Positions 29,394 to 41,964 of a stretch of 62,000 nucleotides of DNA are shown one piece after another. The position numbers and the translations under genes were made by a program. A model generated the notes under the pieces. The model searched no databases. It was not told the origin of the DNA and was given only the letters and a program-made list of their open reading frames with translations. The DNA comes from Wallemia ichthyophaga EXF-994 (lineage: Eukaryota; Fungi; Basidiomycota): positions 82,001-144,000 of the forward strand of contig NW_008806277.1 in assembly GCF_000400465.1 (NCBI RefSeq). The letters run 5' to 3'. How positions within the stretch are numbered: position 1 is the first letter of the stretch; the number at the start of each line of letters is the position of its first letter.

Positions 29394-30951
29394 ATGACCT
29401 CATCACCGAATTCGAACGACTCGAAGAAACGCAAAATGAAATCCTTCGATGAGCTATTCGCTGATGCAGCACCGGAGAAAGCCAAGGGTACGCGACAGAC
29501 GACGCCTCACGCGACGGATGTGCGATGGCTGCGAGTGGGAGGAGGGGGAGCCGGGGGAGCTAACCAAGGCGATGATCAATCAGGCTATTGGTGGCCAGTG
29601 CGAAGTTTAGACGAAGGCGCAGTGGAAGTGTATGGCGACGACGGGCATGGATTCCGCCGGCGGGTCAAAGCAGACAAGGAGTCGCTGGCCACATTCAAGC
29701 GCGAGGGCGTAGTGCGATATACCCCACAGACCTTCTACACGCACGAAACTCCGCCTCCCTGTCTCGTCGACGCTTTTCAAACAGCCGTCAAAAGCGCCAG
29801 CATCGACGACGAGGATAGCAAGGATGACCTGCCTGATGTGGACGTAGCGTTGTATGTCTCAACCCCATCGGCTAGCCAGGTTGGGCAGGTTACCCAAGTG
29901 GACTCGGACTCGTCCCCGGTGAGCACACAAGGGCAGACTGAGACGCATTCAGGGCATTCAGAGCACTTGAATCACTCCCAGCACCTGATTCAACCCGATC
30001 GAGACATCAATATAGCGGAGAAGGAAGGTGTCTTGTCGCGCTACTACAAGTCATCCAAGACACACTGGCCAGCACGCGTCATTGGGTTTGACAGCGGACT
30101 CTACTTGCTCGAATTCAACGACGCGACTGTGCGCAAACTGCCGCGCGCATGTTTCTTTACGTGCGCCGAAAAAGGTTTTCGGGAGTGCGAGCTGGGGATG
30201 CTGGAGAAGGTGGGCGGGGACCAGAAGAAGAAGAAGCGAGGGGACAAGAGCAGGTATGAGTATGGGCGTGAGGGCGGGAATAGGAGTGAGCTCACCTGCT
30301 CACACACTCGCACTCAGCCTCGCATGCCCCCCACAGAGGTGTTTGGGGAGCTGGACATGGCGACACAAGTGCAGCTGTGTCTGCCCATCATCGACCGCAT
30401 AATCCACGAGCAGTACACGCCCGCTCTGGAGAAGCACAAGCAGTTTGTCAGAGGCGGTCTCTCCCGCAAGGCCGTTGGAAAGCAGGTGTGTTATGGGGAA
30501 TTCAGCGGCTGTCGCGACGAGATTGTGGAAATAATACGCGAGTATTTGAAGGTGTGTGCAGCGTGCTGGCTAGCTAGCTAGTTAGGCATACACACACACG
30601 AATACGCTAACACCCCGCTCACACCAGCCAGGCGAGGAGGGAGAGGAAAGTGCGCAGGAAAAGGCCTACGAGAAGCTCACGCCGCCGGAACGCGTTGCTT
30701 ATATGCTCGATGTACTTTTCCCGGAAGTGCTCATCCAGATTGTCATCCACTCGGAAGGACTGGATGGAGAGAGCGCGAGCGGATACAGGCGGGCGTGCGA
30801 AATACTCAAAGCGGAGTCTGCGGACCGCGACTGGATCGATAGGATCTACGCTCAGAGACAGTTCCACGAGCCGTCCACACCCACGCAGCAGCCCGAGCAG
30901 CAGCTGTACCACTCGTCAGGCAGGCCTGTGCGGAAGAAGACAGGGCGATAG
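29394..30951 (+). CDS. Uncharacterised protein with two PWWP/Tudor-like segments
   Basis: YWWPVR and HWPARVIGFDSGLYLLEFND motifs. Phase-0 intron 30552-30627 joins the 30703..30951 frame. Confidence 0.6.
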
Positions 30952-31038
30952 TGGTTGTGGCTTAATCGGATTTGATTTTTGATTTTCGCGTACCACTTAC
31001 AGGCTACAGCCCAGCCATCCCGCTTGTACTGCTACACT

Positions 31039-31917
31039 ATGACGTTGATCGACTTTCCTAAGTGCGAGTGCGAGGGCGAGATTGAGAAGGCTACACACAC
31101 ACAAGCCACATCACGCAAATTTCCGCTCAGTCTGCCTTTCGATCTGCGTATGTTTGCGGTGACTTGGCGCCCGCGGCCGGCGACCGCCCCCACATACACA
31201 GCCACCGTCAACGAGAAGCGGATCGCACTGGGCGTAGAGCTGCTCGAGAAGGCTATCGAGGCTGACAGGAGGCGCGACGATGAGCTCTGCTGTACGTATG
31301 CGATTTACAGCGCTCTATCGCTGCAGCTGCCCGATAAGACGCGTTCTGAAATTTATAACAGATGAGGCATATTTCCACGCGGTGGACCTAATATTCAGTG
31401 CAATCAACGAGCGCAAGGAGATGGACTCAAGGCGCATGGAGCACCTCGAGAGCATGATCAATTGCCATTTGCTCAAGCTGGGACTGACGCCAGTGAGCTG
31501 CACAAAAGACCGCGGCGGCGGTTGGCGGGAAGGAGTAATTGAGACGAGCACCGCGATAGCCGTGGCTGCCAAGAAAAGCAAAGTGGGGAAGCGTACTGCT
31601 GTTGGTTTGCTACTCACGCTGCTCAGCTCCACCAATACGCGTTGGGCGGGTTAATCAGCATCGTCAACGCACTCAGACAACTCAATGAGAGATTTCAAAT
31701 ATCTTGGCGTCTCGTCAACGCACTCGAACGCGCAGTCGCGCTCTTTGTCCGCCTTGATAGCCACTTGGGTCTCCACCAATCAGCTTGCGAGATTGGCTGG
31801 ACGGCGTGGGAGGCCACAGTGAAAGCTGCGATAGCTTATGCTCAAGCGGGTGCGTCGACGGCAACATCTCCAGCGTCATCTTCGGTGTCATCTCCATCTC
31901 GAGTGAAATACCAGTAG
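31039..31917 (+). CDS. MIT-like helical domain protein of unknown function
   Basis: Introns 31292-31361 and 31583-31626 join three ORF fragments. MIT-like LGVELLEKAIEADRRRDDELCYEAYFHAVDLI; C-terminal helical region ending VKAAIAYAQA. Confidence 0.6.
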
Positions 31918-32019
31918 TCTTTAGATGAATTGATATAATTTCTGTATTTAATAAAGCATTTTAAGTTCAATAAACTATAAACACATCTTGGTAGTGTACA
32001 ACGACGATCAGCGCTAGAG

Positions 32020-35000
32020 ATGAACAAGCCACGCGAGTCAAAAGTGGTCGATATTGACAGCAGCGACGATGACGCGGCGGGCGATGACAGCAACAAGCGC
32101 AAGGATGGCGTAATTGATCTTACCAACGACGACGACGATGATGTTGTTATCAAGAGCACGCCAAAGCCACAGCCACCACAGCAGCCAATATCATTCGATC
32201 CGCTGTCTCCATCTGCACCGGTGTGTATTGGTGAAATAACATGCACTGCACTCGTGATGATTCCTTCGAATTATATCCAAACGACTCCCGAGGTTTGGAA
32301 GGACGTCCGCTTGGCTTATGTGCCTCAACTCAATCATTCTACTCAGAATCCTCCAATTGAAACTATACGCGTATACCCTCCTGCTCATGTTCTCGGACAG
32401 ACTCCTGCACTTAGCCTCGGTGCTGGTCAGATGCGCATCCAGGACAGCTTTGCCGTTGTTGATCGCCGCACTGCGGGCGTTTTGGGCCCTTTGATGCTTC
32501 AGCGTTGTGTACGAATTGAAGGCGTCGTTAAAACAAAGTCAGGAAGCGTGAGTTGAGTTGCTTATCTAATAGTCCACTCTCACCCATCTACAAACAGCCA
32601 ATGATGCTCCCTATGAAACTCCTTCTATTCACCAGACGTGACTTAATGGAGAAAATTGCACACGTTGTCCTCCACGCAGGCATTGCCATCGAAGAGCCAG
32701 AAAGATATAGACCAGACAAACATTGCAACGCTTGGTATGAGTCGCCTGCTATTGTCAAGACCTTTAGTAAACATGGTTTTCCTTCTACTAATATACCCTC
32801 CTATGGCCCACTCACTAATGACTCGTCCTCCTCCCTCAATCCTTACTCTTATCGGCCTCAATACACTGGCCACGCAAAGACAACCGAAGTCAATCGCTCT
32901 CAGCAAGCTAACGAAATGCTTGGCAAAATATCCGTCGATGAACTCCCTGAAACTCTCGCTTCATCTAGAATAGCGACTACTCTCTACCCTCATCAGAAAC
33001 AGGCGCTGACTTTTTTACTTGAGTGCGAACGTGATCCTCGTAGATCCACAAATGAATCTGACAAATTCTCCTTCTGGAAGCAAAGTAAAGATAAAAGGAA
33101 ATTCCAGCATATTATCACACACAACTACCTCAACCAGGAACCTGCTGGATGTCGCGGTGCTATTTTAGCAGACGATATGGGACTCGGTAAGACTATCTCA
33201 GTTGTCGCGTTGATTGCGTCCACGTTCGAGTCTGCAAATGATTATGCATTGGCTGGTCCGAGTAAATCAGACACAGAAAAAAAACCAAAGAGGCAGGAAA
33301 TGAAAGCTCCAGATGCTTCCCATTTCAGTAGCAAATTCGCTATACCTGGCATGCCTCAATCTAACTCTGGTATTACCGACTCATTTCGAAAAGAAAATGA
33401 CGACCAACTCGAAGGTGCTTCTGGAAAATCACGTCGATTGCGCAAAGAGAGGCTTCAAATTAGGAGTAAAGCGACTGTAATTGTCAGTCCCTTATCTACG
33501 CTAAGTAATTGGGAGGAACAGTTCAGTGATCACATGACAACTAAGCCGCATTTCTATCGTCATGAGGAAAGACCGCCAAGAAAACGCAAAGACGATGGAC
33601 TGAATATTTATATATATCATGGCAATAATCGCAAGAAAGAGGTGTCATTTCTGATGCAATTTGATGTCATTCTCACCGCCTTCTCCACCGTCGCTACTGA
33701 GTTCAGCAAACAGGATACTGCCATCAAGAAACTTCATCTTGCGCAAGAGAAATGGGATGAGATGTTGGAGAATGGTACGGCTTTCGCGAATACCAATGGA
33801 GTTAGCGACGATGATGTATCCTTTGTGTCTGACAGTGCAAGCGCATCCGGAGCCTCCTCATCGAAACCTACCAAGTTGCCACCATCATCATCATCATCAT
33901 CGACGTCCAAGCCAAAGGGTAAAGGCAAGCGTAAGAAGAAGGGTGAGGATGATCTTGAGGGTCTCTGTCCAGAGATGCTAGCAGAATTGGAGCAGAATGC
34001 CATCAACTATACTTCTCCACTTCAGCAAATCGAGTGGTTCAGAATTGTGCTCGACGAAGCCCACTATATCAAAGATCCATCAACCATGATGTCAAAGGCA
34101 GCTTCTGAACTAGCAGCTGAGAGAAGGTTGTGTTTGACGGGTACGCCTATCCAGAACAAAATTGAAGACCTTTATGCTCTGTTGAGGTTCTTGCATCTCG
34201 AACCATTTGATGAGCGCGAGACGTGGAACACGTTTATTGGCACACCCATTAAGCAGCAGCTCAATGTAGGATTTGCGAGGATCCAGATAATTATGAAGCA
34301 TATAACTATGCGTCGTACCAAGGAAATGAAGAATAAGGATGGTACCCCGATTGTCTCCCTCCCTGATCGGTCTGATGAGTTGCGTTCGTTGGAATTCAAC
34401 CCCCGAGAGAGGGCTATATATGAAAATCAACATGGTAAATCTAAGGACAAGTATCTAGATTTACGTGATGCTGATGGTTTGTCACGTGGTGGTTTTATTA
34501 GTATTTTGCAGGTATGTTGGAGTATGAGTGGTTGGTGATGCAAATTAACACTTTAAAGGAATTACTTCGTTTGAGGATGATATGCGACCATTACTGTCTA
34601 TGTCCAGATGCTGTGAACGCGTTTGCTGAATCACCACTCGCACAAGCGCAAGCTATCTTTCAGGTAATGCGCGACTCAGAAACTGCAAATTGTTTGGAAT
34701 GCTACTACGACTTTGTCCAAGCGCAGCTCCCTGGTGCGCCCAAGGAAGAAGAGGACGAGAAGCCGCTGTATGATGAAAAAGATAGGGATTTCAAAAAGCC
34801 GAAGAAGGAAGCAGGAGGAGGAGGAGGAGCACCAAGTAATGCCGTGGCACTTCCAGTTCTCAATCTCCAGTGTAACCATCTGTTATGCAGCAACTGCATA
34901 CAAAAACACATTGGCGTATGGCCCGAATTCGAGCCATTTAATTGTCCAGATTGCAAGGAGCTGGTCAGCGATCGTGAAAAGATTATCCAAATCAGTAACT

Positions 35001-35766
35001 TCAACGACACCTTTGCGTCTGTCGACAACGATCTCGCCAAGTTTGAAGACGAGCTGCCGACTTCGAAGCGGAAGAAAAGGATCGAAAGACCGGAGGAGTT
35101 TTCGACCAAGATAGAAGCACTGCTTCACGATCTCGCTGAAATATCAACAACGAATCCTCACTCACCCAACTACGACACACTCAATTTCGATGTCGACATC
35201 AAAGCTACACCGAACAAAACGATCGTATTCAGTCAGTGGACGTCTATGCTGGATTTGATTGAATATGGATTGAAGGAGTGTCAAATTGGATACGGTAGAC
35301 TCGATGGAACTATGCAGCGTGATCAGCGTGCTTTCGCTCTTGAAAGACTCAAATTTGATCCCAAGTGCGAAGTGCTCCTTATATCACTGCGTGCAGGTGG
35401 TGTAGGATTGAATCTGGTGAGTTGTGTGGTACATAGTGTACAACCCTCTCACACACCTGGCAGACTACAGCAAATAGAGTATACATGATGGACAGCTGGT
35501 GGAACGTCGCAGTGGAGAACCAAGCAGTCGACCGTGTGTGTCGTATTGGTCAAAAACGCCCCGTGCAGGTCGTCCGCTATATCATACAGAACACTATCGA
35601 GGAGCGCATTCTGCAGATACAAGAACGCAAAACAGAGCTCTTCAAGGGCGTCCTCGGATCTGGACGCCAGAGGTCCAAGGAAGAGGAGAGGAAGGAGATG
35701 CTCGAGAATATCGCTATCATGTTTGGAGAGTCGCCCGAGTCTGCGCATGTGAGGAAAAACATGTAG
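32020..35766 (+). CDS. SNF2-family ATPase with embedded RING (Rad5/Rad16/HLTF-like)
   Basis: GAILADDMGLGKT, WFRIVLDEAH, TGTPIQN, C3HC4 RING (CLEC...CNHLLCSNC...CPDC), VFSQWTSMLDL, LISLRAGGVGLNL, QAVDRVCRIG. Three short introns. Confidence 0.92.
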
Positions 35767-36524
35767 ATGGTTGCATCGCTGTAATCTTTTCAACTCATTC
35801 ACTCATCTTTGTGGCTGGGCTGGGCTTGTCTCAGCTTTCTCAGTCGACTTTTTTTTTTAATCTCTTTTATCTTTCATTCCCCCTTACTCAGCAAACACAC
35901 AAGCATGTATCACTATGTCTTCTCAATTTTATTTATTTGTATTTAGTTTATTTGGTTGTAGGCTGTATCCATTCTATCCATTCTATCTAATCATTTGAAA
36001 CCTTTGTGAAACATTTATGAAACATATTGTCAAGTGCGATCATGGAGTGCATGGATAGACAGCTAGGTCAATCCAATGCAGGAAAGCTAAGCATGCTCCT
36101 ATGTATTCTCATTGTACGTACTTCGCTGAGGAAGGCACAGCGCTGTCTTGGAAGAAGGCTTGGCTATACCCAAATGTAAAAAACCCTAAAAATCAAACAC
36201 CTGCGTCATATGCCTGCATGATCACTTAAAATAGGCATTAGGGGGACATTTTGCTACAAGGCTCCCAACATCCTTTCACGGCTCCTCTCAGTAAATCGGC
36301 ATTGTTCTTCATCTTTAGTTATACCAGAACAGCACATATATCTTTTTTTCTCTTAAGCGGAGCATTTGTTGGTTTAAATGTTAAGAGTTAGTTAAATTGA
36401 CATTCTCAAACAATGATCAGAATGCCTCAAATTAATGTAAAGGTAGATTATATACAATACGCTGCCATAAAATTACTATGAGTGTCAGTATAATATGATT
36501 ACGTGCGCTGAATTTTGAACAAGA

Positions 36525-38269
36525 TTACATGAAGAGAACAACTTTCCCGCTGCCATTACCGCCTGCGATGCTCAAATCGTCGAGTCCAGTGAAGGGTTTC
36601 GCCGATACGACAGCCGGTACAGCGGTGATATTCTCCGTATCAACTAAATCAGCAGACGGTGCTCTATCGCCCATTGTCCACATCTCCAACGACCTCTTCA
36701 TAGAAGGAGTGATGAAAGAGGTGGGGACACCAGTCCATGGCGCTGGATTAATCCACTGCATTCTAAAAACCGACAACCATCTCCCCGTTTCGTTGTTGTG
36801 TTTGATCGAATTGACAACGTTGAGTTTATCGTCGAACACCTTAACTGTGTTGTCGAAAGACGTTGACAAAATGTTGGATCCCGTTGGAGAGTAATAAGCC
36901 GATGTGACAGCTTTCCCGTGGATGGTTCTATGCAACATGCCAATTTCCTCGCGATTGTCATAGTACGGTAGATCGTCTTCATCTTCTGTAATAGGTTCGA
37001 GTGTATTGCAATGTTTCTTAACCATTCGCATGTCGAATATACGTACAGCGTGGTCGTTGGAGGCTACACATACCTGCTGCTCGTTGGAGGGGTTGATAGA
37101 GACGGATCCGAGTTTGTTCTTGGACAACACATACCGCACACCCCTATCGCGGGATTCACGCATATCTTTTAGCGACAGTCCGCCTCCGTTGTCAGCTGCG
37201 TGCAGCAGCGAGGGCGTTTGATGGGGTATGTCGAGATGTGTGATTAGCCTATTCGTCTCCTGTTCGTATCCGTCGTTGCTACGGAAGAGTTGGGTCGATA
37301 GCCCACTCTCGAAGTCTAATTGACGGATTGTGCAGTCGTAACTGGTCGTGAATGCCTTCCTACTATCGCTAGCATCAAATCGTATGCAGGAAATAGGTGA
37401 TCCAATCACGTGTGGCTGCAAACGCCATATCTGCGCCGTGTCCTTGTCGGCGTCATATTTTAGTATGCCAAGTTGACCGTACTTGTCACCAGCAAACACC
37501 AGATCACTTTCTTTGTCAGGATGGTACTGCATGCTGTGAATGCGATTTGAGGTAACTTTTTGAATCGTTTTGAATACCAAACTATTGGCTCTTTCTTTGT
37601 ACTTGTGCACTGAATCGCTGCTGTTCGTATCTTTCTCATCTTCGACAGAATGTATGGGACGTGGAATGGCTGGTCGTGATGCCAAATAGCCTGAAAGCTC
37701 CTTCGCTATTAGCTCATCATTCTCGTCATCATCTTCTTCGTCATCCTCATCCTCATCATCCTCCTTCTTGGCTTTCTCCTCCTTTTTCACACTCTCGCCG
37801 CACTTCTTGCTGTGTATGTACTCTACCGGATCGCGCTTAAGTAGCTCGAGTATGGGCATATCATTCCTACGCGTTTCGTGCTCAATTCTCCGCTTTTCAT
37901 CTTTGCGTTGTGCTTCGCGTTCTAGTTCCGTCTCTAGCTGCTCGCGGCTCGCTTTCTTGTCTTCTTCGGTCGTAGGAACGCGTCTGCTCGAACGTCTGGG
38001 TGGGTCTGCAGCAACTGCTTTGTCTGCATCTTCCTCCCTCTTCACCCTCTTCTTGGCTGGTTGCTGCTTCTGCTGTTTCTGCTGCCTGGGTTTCGCATCA
38101 TCACTGTCGTGCGATCGCTTCCCAAACACCTCCTTCGACGCCTCGCCTAGTCCAAGTTGCTCGAGAAGACGGTTGTTCTCCTCGATGTTCTTCAGTCGCT
38201 GTCGCTCACTAGCGTGTATTAGCGGATTGCAGTGAGCGCAGAACCACAAGCGTACTACTCTGAACCCAT
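36525..38269 (-). CDS. CMR1: DNA damage-binding WD40 protein Cmr1/WDR76
   Basis: Spliced start MGSEYERQRLKNIEENNRLL; WD core KVTSNRIHSMQYHP, AGDKYGQLGI, HNNETGRWLSVFR. Confidence 0.93.
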
Positions 38270-38489
38270 TTTGAGCACTTGTTTTGATGTTCGGTGTCGG
38301 TGATTAAGTTTACTGGGTCAGTGGCGATTACATTTGATTGCATCCGATAGCGACTGATAGCAGCTTCCAAATAGACTTTACCTGAGCTAGCTAGTTGATG
38401 ACTGTTTTACGCGTCACTTAACTTATCACTCGCTAATAATTAACAATTACAATATATACCACAATAAAACGCAACAGCACGCGTAAATC

Positions 38490-39600
38490 TATCCTAGTAA
38501 AAATACAACAAACACAATTCAACCCATTTGCAACCGCAAATCTAAAGCCATCAGAGTCAGTGCAAGGTTTAGCAGCAGTTAGGCAAGGTCTAGTATGAGC
38601 GTCCGGGAATACTTAAGAGGCTTTCGGGAACTTCTCTGCACCGAGTAGACCGAGTTCAAGGGATTTGATGCGCGTATCGTTTATGTAGAACAAAGGCGTA
38701 TACCCGTCTTAGGTAGAGGGTTTAGGGAAATTGGCGAGACCGATGGCATTTTAGAGGGCTTATCGGACTCATATGCCTCCTCAAAGGTTAGAGTGTGATC
38801 ATACAATTCTACGATACTACCTATGGATGATGCTATGATTTGTTACCCGACGGTGAATAATGAGCATTCAGTCACCGATGATTGTTCTGATAGCCATAAA
38901 ACAATCCTTCAACGTCAAATACATCTTCCGTGGGAGTTTTATTTGAATTTCGACTATCACTCTTCTGCAGCCCACTCACATCGAAAACTCGAAGTGTTTT
39001 ATCTGCACTTGCCAGAAAAATCTCAAACTGGTTGGCTGGATTGATCGAGACGCTATTTAGTGCTTTAATGGATTAGCTAAATTTTTCAACGGTTTCATCG
39101 TTATTCCGAATGCGCGCTTCAGTGATTGCCAACCTTCCTTGTGAGTCAGACATATAGATGATGTTTGGAGAGTTGTAATGTGCATCTATACCCAACACAT
39201 CAACTGAATCACCTTTAAAAGTCTTGTCGAGCAGACTTGGAGGATCGAAGAGCATTTGGAACACTTTACTCGACACACCAGTCTCAAAATCCAACAACAC
39301 TCGAACCGTTGAATCGGCGCAGACTGTATAAAGTTTACGGTAACAATGAGGATCTAGGAGGTTGTTGTTGATTGAATGACTTCTAACGTGTGGCTGTAGT
39401 CTCCATACTTCAGAATGATTTGCGTGTTTTGTGATACCAAGTTGGCCCTGCTTATCTCAAGTAAAGATAAGCTCAGATGATCGATCTGGGTGGTAAAGCA
39501 AAACAATTGGACTACTAGTCACAGCTTTAGTTCTGCAATAAGGTCTGCGTTTTTCTTTTTGGATCGCTGCTGAGTGTTCAAAACGACAGGAGAAATGCGG
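38490..39600 (-). pseudogene. Decayed tandem paralogue of CMR1/WDR76
   Basis: One frame from 39540 to 38881 reads LYHPDRSSELIFT*DKQGQLGI..VWRLQPHV..VRVLDFETGVSSKVF..KFS*SIKALNSVSINPAN..LRVFD, collinear with the adjacent CMR1. Stops at 39457-39459 and 39073-39075; frameshifts 3' of 38880. Confidence 0.88.
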
Positions 39601-41031
39601 AATCTTGATCGTCTTTGGATCTCTTGAACAAGTTTGTTTTAGGTCATTTTTGGAACAGAACGGAGTTATTAGTGTAGATCAGCAGAGTTTTGCGCGTCCA
39701 ACTGATCCTGATAACACTCGTATTCTGCAGCATCGTCCCAAACATCGTCATAAACCGAGAAAAATACTGCGTCAAGTACGTCCAAACGCCTAGCAAACTT
39801 CCAAAGGTGAACTTTTTTGCGTTACTCTTCAGAATCAACAGAGTAAAGAGTTGGATCTTATTAATAAGAGTATGAATTGAGTGCTCAGAATAATAAGAGT
39901 TATTATCAAGGCTCCAGCGCTCTTCCAGCATTTCACCAAGCCCAGTTTTATCTGGTCTATAAAGTTCGGCATATCTTCTATAGGACTGATTCTTTGCAAT
40001 GATGCTTAGCGATTTATTGTAAGTTGGAATCTTTCGTTCTCTTTCAGGATCCTTATGATTAGTTTGAAATTCACTTGGATTGATGTGCCATGATACCTTT
40101 AATGCCTTTGATAGGAAATGCTTTGTAAATGACGGTAACTATTACAACATAATTGATTGTGATATACTTGTACGAATTACTCTTTACTTTCTGTGCCGCT
40201 TGCTAGCATTCCTCTCTCAATATTCTCCACTGTTTTCCTGTGATTTGCTCAGTTGAGTCTTAAGACATTGTATTTGATACGAACAATTTCTGTTCGCGGA
40301 TCTTTGTCAGTTCCTCAATAAGCTTCAGTTGGTCCTCCTTTGTCAAATTGGCGCCTTGGATATTTCGCACTTTCTCATGAGACTTGTCCAAATTCGTTTT
40401 CAACTCTTTAGCCTGTATTGGGGGTTTGAGGGTGTCAAACTACACGAAACTAACCCGCTCACTGCCTTTGATGCTGCCTGTGTATTACCGCTGCTTATAT
40501 GCTCAGTTGTTTGCGCTATCAGCGGCAGTAATGATCCGAAGCTATCGTCAGCCATGATGTGATAAGTGAGAGAGTGTATGGTATGTTAATTTTATGTGAT
40601 ATAACCAATACATTTGTGGATCTATAGCGCTACACATACTTGAAAATATAAATCCAGATGGAGTGCAGGTGGCGTGCAAGGCTTCGTGAAGGCTTTAGGA
40701 AGAGATTAATGAACATGTATAATATCAAGCAGCCTCAAAGCAATATGAATAACGCACAAAACCACCCCCTCTCGCCCTCCAGAGAGGTGTAAAAACTTCA
40801 CCCAAAATGACTGAAGGATGAGAATACAAGCGCGAGCAATACAATACCACCCTCATAAACCCCCTGATACTCCCACACAATTAAATATTTGAGTCTTTTA
40901 ATTTTTTTAATTCTCCAGCCTCCGTCTTCGTAAATTTGAGAGGCGCCTTCTTGTCGAACGAGCGTGAGGAAGTGAGTGAATATCTCGTGGCTATAAGGAA
41001 ACACATTGACGGGTGTTTGAAATAGAGCAGT

Positions 41032-41675
41032 ATGGTCAATCTCAGATCTCAGAAACGTATTGCTTCTGCAGTCTTAGGATGCGGTAAACGTAAGGTCTGG
41101 CTCGACCCAGCTGAGCAAAAAGAAATTGCTCAAGCTAACAGCCGTGCCAACATCCGTAAGCTCGCTAAGGTGGGTAACAAGTCTTTTGAATTGAATTTCC
41201 CTCACGAGACTTTCAGGACGGCCATGTCATCCGCAAGCCAGCTTTGATGCACTCACGTTCACGCGTCCGTGAAACTCACGCTGCTAAGCGTGCCGGTCGC
41301 CACACTGGCCTCGGTAAGCGTAAGGGTACCGCTGAAGCTAGGATGCCTTCCAAGGTCGTTTGGATGCGCCGCCAGAGAGTTCTCCGTCGCTTGCTCAGAA
41401 GATACAGGGAATCTGGCAAGATTGATAAGCACCTCTACCACTCCCTCTACCTCAAGTCAAAGGGTAACACTTTCAAGAACAAGCGTGTCCTTATGGAGCA
41501 CATCCACAAGGCTAAGGCTGAGGTCTTGCGTACTCAACGTCTCACTGACTCCGCTGAGGCTCGTCGTGCTGCTAACAAGGCTCTCCGTCTCCGTCGTGCT
41601 GCTAGAGTCGCTGAGAAGCGCTCAGGTATCACTCAAGTCGAGCACACTGACAACGTCGCCGCTACTCAAGCTTAA
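41032..41675 (+). CDS. RPL19: 60S ribosomal protein eL19
   Basis: [26 protein letters not shown]; [18 protein letters not shown]. Intron 41170-41216. Confidence 0.99.
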
Positions 41676-41964
41676 ATTGGCACTATTTAAAAGTGGAGTG
41701 TTTTGTTGGGTCACATATCGTCTCACACATGTATATTGTTTATCATTTACGCTCGAAAATTTTTGGTCGTCTGTGATAGTGGCTTGGTCTGTATCGAGTG
41801 GTTATGCGGGGGATTGTATACACCAAATACAAACTTTAACTGCGGCAGATGCACAGATTATATTTTTAGAACTCGGCGGGCTGCCATCGGGAATCGGTCG
41901 TTCGGAAATCCCTCTCGCACCGAATCAGCTAGGGCTGATAGCTGATTACGCTTTCTTATCAACA

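Noticed and set aside
30254-30317. Intron-like segment (GTATGA...CAG) in the PWWP-like gene
   Set aside because: Removing 64 nt would break a frame that is already open, so it was not modelled as an intron.
35464-35560. Rad5-like motif VI variant DSWWNVAVENQAVDRVCRIG
   Set aside because: The key Gln and both Arg residues are retained, so there is no good case for inactivity.
35770-36520. 750-bp spacer with short ORFs (for example ..ALSWKKAWLYPNVK..)
   Set aside because: No recognisable homology or splice pattern; could simply be convergent 3' UTRs.
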